The position numbers and the translations under genes are program-made. A DNA stretch of 14,776 nt from Coleofasciculus chthonoplastes F2-STO-03 (lineage in GTDB: Bacteria; Cyanobacteriota; Cyanobacteriia; Cyanobacteriales; Coleofasciculaceae). The stretch is from assembly GCA_040222015.1 (NCBI GenBank), contig JAVJWO010000148.1:1-14776 (forward strand), in the 5' to 3' direction. Below, piece by piece: positions 7,301 to 14,776 of this stretch. The notes beneath the pieces were generated by a model. It did no database searches. It was not told where the DNA came from and worked only from the letters and a program-made list of their open reading frames with translations. Numbering within the stretch: position 1 is the stretch's first letter; the number at the start of each line of letters is the position of its first letter.

Positions 7301-7666
7301 TTAAGCCATGCTATCTCGAACGGATTGAAGCTCCTCGATGGTAATTTCCTGCTGTTGTCCAGAAAATTCGTTGTCTGGTGTCAAAAACAACATACAGTGG
7401 CATTCTTTGCGCTCACGCATGGGGATGCAAGGACAATTCCAGTAGGTGGCTTTCACCTCAGCTTCTTTGTCTTCGTAATGACGGCATGGACATAGGGGTG
7501 AACCTAAATCATCTTTGTGTTTAGCTAATCCTTCGATGACGACAGCCGTTACCGAGGGGTCAGCACAAAAGTATGTGCCAGTTCGTTTAGCATAAGTTTC
7601 GGCAAAATTCTTCATTGCTGCCAGTGTTTTCTCACTGGAAAGATTTGTGCTTTCTGATGTACTCAT
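7301..7666 (-). CDS. ftrC: Ferredoxin-thioredoxin reductase catalytic subunit
   Basis: PLCPCRHY, WNCPCIPMRERKECHCMLFL: the CPC/CPC/CHC motifs of the FTR catalytic chain. Confidence 0.97.
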   Translation of the reverse strand: MSTSESTNLSSEKTLAAMKNFAETYAKRTGTYFCADPSVTAVVIEGLAKHKDDLGSPLCPCRHYEDKEAEVKATYWNCPCIPMRERKECHCMLFLTPDNEFSGQQQEITIEELQSVRDSMA

Positions 7667-7798
7667 AAGTTAAATTCGCTAGATACCCTATTCTTTAGTG
7701 TGATCGTTCACTTTTCTTTGCATTTTAACGCAAGCCTTCTACCGGATACGGAAATTGACATCCTCCCCACCTTACTTCGTTGAAGGTGGGGATTCCCA

Positions 7799-9046
7799 TC
7801 ATTGCTGATGAGATTTCCTGGCTCTACGAGCAACCTTACTTTTTGGGGTTTCCCCCTCCAAGCAGCGGGTCATCTCATCCCCAGGCGTAACTTTCCGAGT
7901 GCCCCTCGGTAGTTGAGCTAGTCCCTGTAATGCTTTCATCAAAATATTAATGGCAGCATTCACATCTCGGTCGTCCAAATAACCGCAATGCGGACATTTA
8001 TGAGTACGGGAGGACAAAGCTTTCTTAACTTCCTCTCCACAGTTGGAACAGTCCTGGGACGTGTAATGAGGTGCAACAGCAATTACTGGCACATCAAACA
8101 CCTTCCCGAAATATTCCAACCACTGCCTAAATAATGTCCAACTAGCGTCAGATATTGACTTGGCTAGATGATGGTTTTTTACCATGTTCCGCACTTTTAG
8201 GTCTAGCCTTCGGCAAGCCGCTGCCGCGTCTACAATGGCTACCAAGTCTGCCGACTGGACAAGCGCCCTTGCAGTCTTAACCACAAAGTCTTTACGCCGC
8301 CTTGACACCTTGAGATGCGTTCTGCCTAGCTGCTTGATGGCTTTGAGACGATTCTTGGAACCCTTACCTCTACGAGACACACGCTTCTGTGCGCGTTTTA
8401 ATGCCTTTTCAGACTTTCTCAAGAACCTAGGGTTCTCTACTTTATTGCCATCGGAGTCAGTGTAGAAATGGTTTAGACCAACATCTATGCCTACCATGCG
8501 GTTGGTGGGTTCATGATGTTCTCTACGTTCTTGGTTAATGGAAAACTGGACGTAGTATCCATCAGCCCGACGCACAACACGAACTCGCTTAATTTGCTCT
8601 TTTTGGTAAAAGTGCAAGTCACGAGTACCCCACATCTTAAAGGTTCCAGCCTTGAAGCCATCCCTAAACGTAATGGTTAATCGGTCATCCGATAGTACCC
8701 ATCCATCAACCTTGTACTCGACAGAGCCGTGAGTTTGATGTTTTTTAAATTTGGGAAAACCTTTCTTACCTGGAACCTTTTTCTTGCAGTTATCAAAGAA
8801 TCTAGCAATGGCGCTCCAAGCTCTCTCGGCGCTAGCCTGACAAGCTTGAGCCGATAACTTCTTGCACCATTCAAACTGTTCTCTGAGAACCTTGCAATAT
8901 TTATTGAGGTCGTATCTACCAACCCCTTTGTTATCCATCCAGTATCGGAGGCAACTATTACGCACAAAGCGAGCAGTGCGAATCATCTCATCTAGGATGG
9001 CGTACTGCTCGTCTGTTCCTCGTAATTTTGCCTCAAATACTAACAT
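7799..9046 (-). CDS. tnpB: TnpB RNA-guided endonuclease, probably nuclease-dead
   Basis: N-terminal HTH, GFPKFKK, RuvC-I VGIDVGL, zinc finger CSNC..CPHC, RuvC-III DRDVNAAINI; RuvC-II reads AI-VDAAAACRRL-DL instead of AIEDL. Confidence 0.93.
   Translation of the reverse strand: MLVFEAKLRGTDEQYAILDEMIRTARFVRNSCLRYWMDNKGVGRYDLNKYCKVLREQFEWCKKLSAQACQASAERAWSAIARFFDNCKKKVPGKKGFPKFKKHQTHGSVEYKVDGWVLSDDRLTITFRDGFKAGTFKMWGTRDLHFYQKEQIKRVRVVRRADGYYVQFSINQERREHHEPTNRMVGIDVGLNHFYTDSDGNKVENPRFLRKSEKALKRAQKRVSRRGKGSKNRLKAIKQLGRTHLKVSRRRKDFVVKTARALVQSADLVAIVDAAAACRRLDLKVRNMVKNHHLAKSISDASWTLFRQWLEYFGKVFDVPVIAVAPHYTSQDCSNCGEEVKKALSSRTHKCPHCGYLDDRDVNAAINILMKALQGLAQLPRGTRKVTPGDEMTRCLEGETPKSKVARRARKSHQQ
8201..8232 (-). 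repeat. 27-bp small dispersed repeat-like insertion in tnpB
   Basis: Minus strand TAGAC GCGGCAGCGGCTTGCCGAAGGC TAGAC; 5-bp direct repeats 27 bp apart; frame preserved. Confidence 0.8.
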
Positions 9047-9233
9047 GGCGTCTTCAATACTATGTCGCTTATTTTAAAATAGGACACTAAGAATAGCAAA
9101 AAACAGGTATATTGAATACCCGCTTTTTGCTTGGGGGAGTGAAGGCATCCCCGCCCTGCTCCACCTCGTTTCGCTGAGGACGGGGTTCTATTGCTCCCCC
9201 AAACCCCCACACCTTGATAGGGGTATTTCAGAT

Positions 9234-9336
9234 GTAGCCGGGGCGGGTTTAGTCGCATTTGAGTGAAGTAAAAAACTTTAGTAGTGAAACCCGCCCCTAC
9301 AGTGAAACCCGCCCCTACAGTGAAACCCACCCCTAC
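9234..9336. repeat. GTAG-type REP-like element with triplicated 18-bp right arm
   Basis: GGGGCGGGTTT...(AGTGAAACCCRCCCCTAC) x3 at 9283-9336. Confidence 0.9.
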
Positions 9337-9353
9337 AGGAAACTCAAAACTTG

Positions 9354-10520
9354 TTAAATCCGGCTAAGGGACTGTTGTAGCTGACGTTGTAAGGGTTCCT
9401 CTGTATCAATAATTTGACCCGTGCAATTAGTCAGTCCTGAAGTGTGTCGGTCAGGTTGGGCTACTGTGGATGGAGACCAAAATAACCAACGACTGCCAGG
9501 AGGAAGGGAATTGAGACTGGCGGATTGTTGCGTGAGCCAAATTAAGGGAAGATGGGGCGGATTGCCAGCGTCTGCATCTTCTCCCGGTTGGGTCGCAGCT
9601 AGGGCTTCTAATACAACTTGATTACCGTGTAATAATCCGGTTCTAGCTGTCCAGAGTCTAGCGTCAAGCTGGCGAGAACAGGCATAAAAATAGAGGGAAG
9701 CAGCAGCAATAACGGCTGATTCAAAATCCTCGGATTGCCAACTTACCGCACTATCGAGGCAAATGACAATTTCTTGAGACCCCGTAAAGACTTCTAACTC
9801 CCGTACCATCAATTCTCCATACCGGGCGCTGGTACGCCAATGAATCAGACGAGTTGGATCACCCACTCGGTAAGGTCGTAGCGATCGCGTCAGGTCTTCT
9901 GTGGCGGATTGAGAACGGCGATCGCTTAACAGTTGTAGACTATCATCTGTGCCAATTTCGTCAACGATTGGACAACTGGTTAAGGGTAATACTGTAGGAT
10001 ACACAATCGCTGTGGCTGGCGCATGGCGGCTACGACGACACCAAAATAATCCTAAGGGGTTTCCAGTTCTTAGTTGGATTTCATGCCAGTGATAGACCCC
10101 CCGCTTAGTGGTGGAATGGAAATAAACCCAGTGATAGACCCCCCTCGGCGCAATGGTTTCGATCGCGGTTTGCACGGGTTTTCCCAGTTGCGATTGGAGA
10201 ATGTCCTGAACTTGTAATAATGTTTTGGGTTTAGGGGTGGGATTTTCGATATCAATTTCAATGGTGAGTTCGTCACCCACACTAACCGGAAAGAGGGGAT
10301 GTCGGTGGACTTTAAGATGACGTAGCGATCGCGGCGGTAAAATGACAGCTAACCCCAATAGCGCAAACGTTATACCACTGATGACATACAGCCACCCTGA
10401 CATAGTATTGGTCGCCGCACCAAAGAAACAAATCGCAATACCTGCTAATATCCATCCAGCATAAGCAGGAGTGACCCAATGGGTTTCTAACCAATCCGTG
10501 ATTCGAGTAATGATTCCCAT
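9354..10520 (-). CDS. DUF58 domain membrane protein
   Basis: N-terminal TM helices, RGVYHW..GNPLGLF, LRPYRVGDPTRLIHWRTSARYGELMVRELE, ICLD, FESAVIAAASL. Confidence 0.92.
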   Translation of the reverse strand: MGIITRITDWLETHWVTPAYAGWILAGIAICFFGAATNTMSGWLYVISGITFALLGLAVILPPRSLRHLKVHRHPLFPVSVGDELTIEIDIENPTPKPKTLLQVQDILQSQLGKPVQTAIETIAPRGVYHWVYFHSTTKRGVYHWHEIQLRTGNPLGLFWCRRSRHAPATAIVYPTVLPLTSCPIVDEIGTDDSLQLLSDRRSQSATEDLTRSLRPYRVGDPTRLIHWRTSARYGELMVRELEVFTGSQEIVICLDSAVSWQSEDFESAVIAAASLYFYACSRQLDARLWTARTGLLHGNQVVLEALAATQPGEDADAGNPPHLPLIWLTQQSASLNSLPPGSRWLFWSPSTVAQPDRHTSGLTNCTGQIIDTEEPLQRQLQQSLSRI

Positions 10521-10587
10521 CTGATATCAAATTACATGTTGGTATTGCTCAAGGCAGCAGAACTCCTATCACGCTCAAGCGAGGGTA

Positions 10588-11109
10588 TTAACATTCTGAT
10601 TGATGAAACCATGCCGTTAACGCCACCGCCAAAGCATCGGCGGCATCATCTGGCTTAGGTATACTCTCTAAATTTAACTCTCGCGCCACCGCTTGCTGTA
10701 CCTCGTGCTTGTCTGCATTCCCATAACCTGTCAATGCTTGCTTCACTTGTCCAGGTGTAAACTCTACCATTGGCAGCTGATGCTGGGCTAACACCAAGGT
10801 GACAACCCCCCGTGCCTGAGCCACAGTAATTGTATTACCCATCCGGTAAAAAAACAGCTTCTCTACGGCAACTAGATCCGGTTGGCACTGCTCCAGGATC
10901 GTATGTAAATCTTCGTAAATTGTACAGAGTCGCTTTCCCAGTTCCGTCCGCGCTGGCGTCTGAATTACACCAAAATCCAATAACTGTACAGATTCAGATG
11001 TCGATTTTCCCCGAACCTTGGTCATTTGTTTAACTTCAGCTTGGCAGATAATTGCCCCAAAGCCTAAAATCGCTAACCCTGGGTCTAGTCCTAAAATTCG
11101 CTTTCCCAT
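10588..11109 (-). CDS. ruvC: Holliday junction resolvase RuvC
   Basis: [52 protein letters not shown]. Confidence 0.97.
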   Translation of the reverse strand: MGKRILGLDPGLAILGFGAIICQAEVKQMTKVRGKSTSESVQLLDFGVIQTPARTELGKRLCTIYEDLHTILEQCQPDLVAVEKLFFYRMGNTITVAQARGVVTLVLAQHQLPMVEFTPGQVKQALTGYGNADKHEVQQAVARELNLESIPKPDDAADALAVALTAWFHQSEC

Positions 11110-11124
11110 CTACCTTGCTGTCTC

Positions 11125-11224
11125 CTAGAACACCAGTCTAGTGCATGACGGATGATTGTGTAGCTCGTGTTACAGTTTTGAAGAATTCTAGCATCGACTT
11201 CGATGACACCGACTGGTGTTCTAG
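11125..11224. repeat. 100-bp segment bounded by perfect 14-bp inverted repeats
   Basis: CTAGAACACCAGTC (11125-11138) / GACTGGTGTTCTAG (11211-11224). Confidence 0.85.
11159..11174. promoter_or_regulatory. Candidate NtcA box
   Basis: TGTA-gctcgtgt-TACA matches TGTA-N8-TACA; no -10 at the canonical ~22-nt spacing. Confidence 0.4.
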
Positions 11225-11435
11225 TCGTTGTGATTATTGACGTTCTCCGTTGGATTAATCAGTCGTCCCGGTATAATTTCCAAAATGTATCCTGACCAAC
11301 CCATCCTCCCAGCTAATAAAAGAATATGGCACAGTTGACAGCAGACAATCCTACACCTCCCGTCAAGGACTTGAGCAATTGCCCTGCTCTTAGCTAAAGT
11401 CTATCCAGTTTTGTTCTCCGTTTCTGGTATCAGCA

Positions 11436-12806
11436 ATGTCCTCAATTAGTCTCCTCAAACGCGCTCTACGAACCCTGCATAACGAGTCAAGAGGTAGGAC
11501 GCCCCGACAAGTGAATCGGTGGTTTAAGTGGTTAGCCCCTGGACTATTCGTCAAACGCTGGTTGCTTCTCAGTGCCATAGGTGTACTACTAACGAGTCTG
11601 GGGGTAGCGATTTGGGCAAAGCTGACCCCCATTTTTTACTTAATCCAACTCACGTCCACCATTCTGGAAACCATCACCACGGTTATTCCCAACTATGTAT
11701 CCGGACCGATCGCGATTATTTGTGGTCTGATGTTTATCTTCTGGGGACAAACCCGGACGGTGGGTTCGATTACGGAGGCATTAAAACCCGGAGGCGATGA
11801 AGAACTGGTAGACGTGCTGATCGCCCATCGTCGCCTGTATCGTGGTCCGAAAATTGTCGTCGTGGGAGGCGGTACTGGGTTGTCTACCTTACTCCGAGGA
11901 CTGAAAATTTACAGCGCCCATATCACTGCCATTGTCACCGTAGCCGATGATGGCGGCTCCTCTGGGCGGCTGCGGCAAGAATTTGGGGTTCTGCCTCCGG
12001 GAGATATTCGCAACTGTTTGGCAGCTTTAGCAGACCAAGAAAAACTATTAACCGAACTGTTTCAATACCGTTTCTCAGCGGGGAATGGTCTAGTAGGTCA
12101 CAGTTTTGGTAATTTATTTTTGACGGCAATGAGCGAGATTACGGGGGACTTAGAACGGGCAATTGCCGCCAGTTCTGAAGTTTTAGCGGTGCGAGGACGA
12201 GTTCTTCCCGCGACATTGAGTGATGTCTGTCTCTGGGCAGAATTAGAAGATGGGCGTCGGATTGAAGGCGAATCGAATATTACGGCTGCCAATGGTAAAA
12301 TCGTCAAGATGGGTTGCACGCCAGAAAATCCTCCAGCTCTTCCCGCTGTTCTCAAAGCGATTCACGAAGCCGATTACATTATTATTGGTCCGGGTAGTCT
12401 GTATACCAGCATCCTGCCGAATCTGTTAGTGCCAGAAATTACGGATGCGATCGCGGCAAGTACTGCTCCCCGAATCTATGTGTGTAATATCATGACTCAA
12501 CCGGGTGAAACGGACGGATATACGGTTGCTGATCATATTCGCGCCCTGGACAATGGTTGTGGTCACTCTTTGTTTGATGCGGTTTTGGTGCATCGAAAAG
12601 TGCCTTCTGCCGAAGCATTGATTAAGTATGCCCAAGTCAATTCCCACCCGGTTTTTCTGGATCGCGAAGCAACCGAGGAGTTAGGACGCCGCATTGTTTT
12701 AGCGAATGTCATGGATGAAGATGAGCACACGAATCTAGTGCGCCATAATCCAGAAAAGTTAGCACGGGTGTTACTGCGTTGGTATAGTCGCGCTCATCTG
12801 ATGTAA
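11436..12806 (+). CDS. yvcK: YvcK/GlmR-family (gluconeogenesis factor, UPF0052) protein with N-terminal TM helices
   Basis: [67 protein letters not shown]. Confidence 0.93.
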   Translation: MSSISLLKRALRTLHNESRGRTPRQVNRWFKWLAPGLFVKRWLLLSAIGVLLTSLGVAIWAKLTPIFYLIQLTSTILETITTVIPNYVSGPIAIICGLMFIFWGQTRTVGSITEALKPGGDEELVDVLIAHRRLYRGPKIVVVGGGTGLSTLLRGLKIYSAHITAIVTVADDGGSSGRLRQEFGVLPPGDIRNCLAALADQEKLLTELFQYRFSAGNGLVGHSFGNLFLTAMSEITGDLERAIAASSEVLAVRGRVLPATLSDVCLWAELEDGRRIEGESNITAANGKIVKMGCTPENPPALPAVLKAIHEADYIIIGPGSLYTSILPNLLVPEITDAIAASTAPRIYVCNIMTQPGETDGYTVADHIRALDNGCGHSLFDAVLVHRKVPSAEALIKYAQVNSHPVFLDREATEELGRRIVLANVMDEDEHTNLVRHNPEKLARVLLRWYSRAHLM

Positions 12807-12816
12807 AAAGGTAGGA

Positions 12817-13281
12817 ATGAGTAAACTCCGTCTAACCGATGCACAAGCCACGCGATCGCTAGGTGTTCGTCTGGGGGAATCTTTGCCCGCAGGTACTGTG
12901 ATTTTGCTAGAGGGGGATTTAGGTGCGGGTAAAACCACACTGGTGCAGGGAATGGGTGCAGGCTTGGGAATCACCGACGCAATCGTCAGTCCCACGTTTA
13001 CTCTGATTAACGAATATCCCGAAGGACGCATTCCCCTCTATCATCTAGATTTGTACCGCCTAGAACCTGAAGCCGTAGCCGCGTTAGACATAGAAAGCTA
13101 TTGGGAAGGCGTGGAAATGCCCTTGGGAATCGTCGCGATCGAGTGGGCGGATCGATTACCCTATTTACCAGAATCTTATCTGCATTTGAATTTAACCTAT
13201 TTAAGCGAAGGTGGACGTCAAGCCCAACTGATTTCTGTCTCGACGGTGAAATCTGAGGCGGCGATAGAACTGCCTCTATAA
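12817..13281 (+). CDS. tsaE: tRNA t6A biosynthesis ATPase TsaE
   Basis: LEGDLGAGKTT, SPTFTLINEY, LYHLDLYRL, IEW motifs. Confidence 0.97.
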   Translation: MSKLRLTDAQATRSLGVRLGESLPAGTVILLEGDLGAGKTTLVQGMGAGLGITDAIVSPTFTLINEYPEGRIPLYHLDLYRLEPEAVAALDIESYWEGVEMPLGIVAIEWADRLPYLPESYLHLNLTYLSEGGRQAQLISVSTVKSEAAIELPL

Positions 13282-13323
13282 GGATAAGTAAGTAGGTGGG
13301 GACAATTAAAGTTAACGGTGGGG

Positions 13324-13369
13324 TTCGTCATTTGTCATTTGTCATTTGTCATTCGTCATTTGTCATTTG
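13324..13369 (-). repeat. STRR heptamer array (CRAATGA on the minus strand) x ~6
   Basis: ttcgtca tttgtca tttgtca tttgtca ttcgtca tttgtca tttg. Confidence 0.93.
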
Positions 13370-13420
13370 TAAAGATTTGAGGCTTGTTAACATTTCTTAG
13401 TCCAGCGGACAAATGATAAA

Positions 13421-14359
13421 TCACTCCAAATTCGCCAAATTCATTTTATTAGAGCCCTTTTTAAACTCATTCTGATAGGCATTTATTTTCTCGATAAATT
13501 CTTCTGTCAACCGCATAAACGCTTTTGCCCCTGAAGAATTGGGAGAAGCGATAACCGCAGGCATAAAACTATCAACCGCCTTAGCCACATTCACATCCAT
13601 CGGAATGCGATTCTTAAACAATTGCGTCGGCACAAAATCTTCTGTTACCCGATTCATCACCTGCTTGTAATATCGACCCAGCAATCCTCCGGATAAAATA
13701 AAGACAATGCCTAATAACTGTAAGTCGAGAGATGTGCCAGACTTATGACTCTCCTTCAATTTGGCAATCCGCCGTTCTAAAAGTTGAATTCCCACAACTG
13801 ATAAAGGTTCAGGACGAGCCGGAAGTAAATAAAAATCACTGGCAACAATACCGCTACGGGTTAACAGATTATAGCCAGGAGCGCAATCTAAAATAATAAA
13901 GTCGTAGTTATCAATAACCGGTTCTAAAATACTTTTAATCAACAGCCGCTCAAACCGATTCCACACCTGATTAAAATTGGGAGTCTCTTCGCGACTGGCT
14001 TCTTGATGCAGCATCTCGGAGACTAAATACTCATCATACAGATCAATATCTCCGGGCAATAAATCCAGTCCTTTTACCGAACAAACGTAAGATTGAATCA
14101 CATCCTGAATCGTCAGTTTGGCGTGGCGATTGGGACGAATTGCCTTATCAATTAACTGATTCAGCGTGCGTCTCGCTTTTCTGGATTTAGCAAAATCTTG
14201 AGGGGCGATTAAGCTGAGTGTAGCGCTGATTTGGGTATCTAAATCAACCACTAAAACCCGTTTTTGATGCTGTTTCGCCAAGCAAGTTGCCAAGTTGACG
14301 GTTAGCGTCGTCTTTCCAACGCCGCCTTTCATGTTAACTGTGGCAATGACAAATCCCAT
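13421..14359 (-). CDS. ParA/Soj-family ATPase (orphan)
   Basis: Deviant Walker A KGGVGKTT, VLVVDLDTQ, YDFIILDCAP; no parB adjacent in the window. Confidence 0.92.
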   Translation of the reverse strand: MGFVIATVNMKGGVGKTTLTVNLATCLAKQHQKRVLVVDLDTQISATLSLIAPQDFAKSRKARRTLNQLIDKAIRPNRHAKLTIQDVIQSYVCSVKGLDLLPGDIDLYDEYLVSEMLHQEASREETPNFNQVWNRFERLLIKSILEPVIDNYDFIILDCAPGYNLLTRSGIVASDFYLLPARPEPLSVVGIQLLERRIAKLKESHKSGTSLDLQLLGIVFILSGGLLGRYYKQVMNRVTEDFVPTQLFKNRIPMDVNVAKAVDSFMPAVIASPNSSGAKAFMRLTEEFIEKINAYQNEFKKGSNKMNLANLE

Positions 14360-14503
14360 GATAAAATCCTCTTGGAGAAACGTTACCCAGTTCGGTATCA
14401 GCCAGCCTAGATTATCAACGCTGTATTGCGTCTGAATTTTCCCTAGCTTTCGGCAACAGTCTACTATGGTAAGCGATTTTACCCATCAAGTGAACAAGTT
14501 TCT

Positions 14504-14564
14504 GTAGGGGCGGGTTTCACAACTATCGTTTCTTTCCCCACCCATAAGTAAGTAAAGCCGCCCC
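14504..14564. repeat. GTAG-type REP-like element
   Basis: GTAGGGGCGGGTTT...AAAGCCGCCCC; another left arm AGGGCGGGTTTAG at 14614-14626. Confidence 0.8.
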
Positions 14565-14776
14565 AAGGGTAAAATTGTCACATGGTATGTCTTTACTCCC
14601 TGTTTTCACCAGAAGGGCGGGTTTAGTCAAGTTATGGGTAAAGAACTGTAACCAAATCTCTATAGACATCTACGCAAACCTAATCAAAATGCATAGCTAT
14701 AACCATCCTTACGGTGAATCGGTGTGCAGTAATCCAATCGGGTTGACCTCCTTTTCTTGTCGATAACGAACTCGCC

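Larger units (their letters stand above)
7755..9216 (-). mobile_element. IS200/IS605-family element, tnpB-only (IS1341-like)
   Basis: Right end on minus strand GAAT-CCCCACCTT..AAGGTGGGG-AGGATG-TCAA ending at 7755; left hairpin AGAA-CCCCGTCCT..AGGGCGGGG inside TTGGGGGAG/CTCCCCCAA; left boundary inferred at CTAT|CAAG (9217/9216); no tnpA. Confidence 0.88.

Noticed and set aside
9040..9330. 96-aa ORF starting MGFTVGAGFTVGAGFT as a tnpA or accessory gene
   Set aside because: It is the translation of REP repeats and the IS left end; no HUH/Tyr or serine-recombinase motif.
10086..10144. Exact 17-nt direct repeat in DUF58 (RGVYHW twice)
   Set aside because: Frame intact and explicable by repeated protein sequence; no further structure.
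7799..11109. Functional link between TnpB (RuvC fold) and ruvC
   Set aside because: tnpB lies in a discrete insertion element; proximity to housekeeping ruvC looks coincidental.

Overview
Chromosomal window from a filamentous cyanobacterium (at least 8 HIP1 GCGATCGC sites, STRR heptamer arrays, GTAG-type REP-like repeats). Gene order: 3' half of a stand-alone psbD (psbD2 type), a probable 6S RNA, pterin-4a-carbinolamine dehydratase, SLH/OprB (Som-type) porin, CymR-like Rrf2 regulator, a headless J-domain protein remnant, a broken queD interrupted by a 313-bp non-autonomous IS200/IS605 element, curT, DUF309, ftrC, a tnpB-only IS200/IS605 element, DUF58, ruvC, yvcK, tsaE and a ParA-family ATPase. 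Most interesting: (1) a perfect Shine-Dalgarno plus a 17-codon ORF written into the 5' arm of the 6S-like RNA, with mutually exclusive pairings; (2) a full-length TnpB whose RuvC-II catalytic Glu is replaced by an in-frame 27-bp repeat insertion, with intact ends and a guide drawn from the ftrC upstream region; (3) a mini-element keeping a consensus promoter and an omegaRNA-like right end but almost no tnpB; (4) clustered deletions (probable cysK plus J domain, two parts of queD). All family assignments come from motif recognition and recall; no searches were run.
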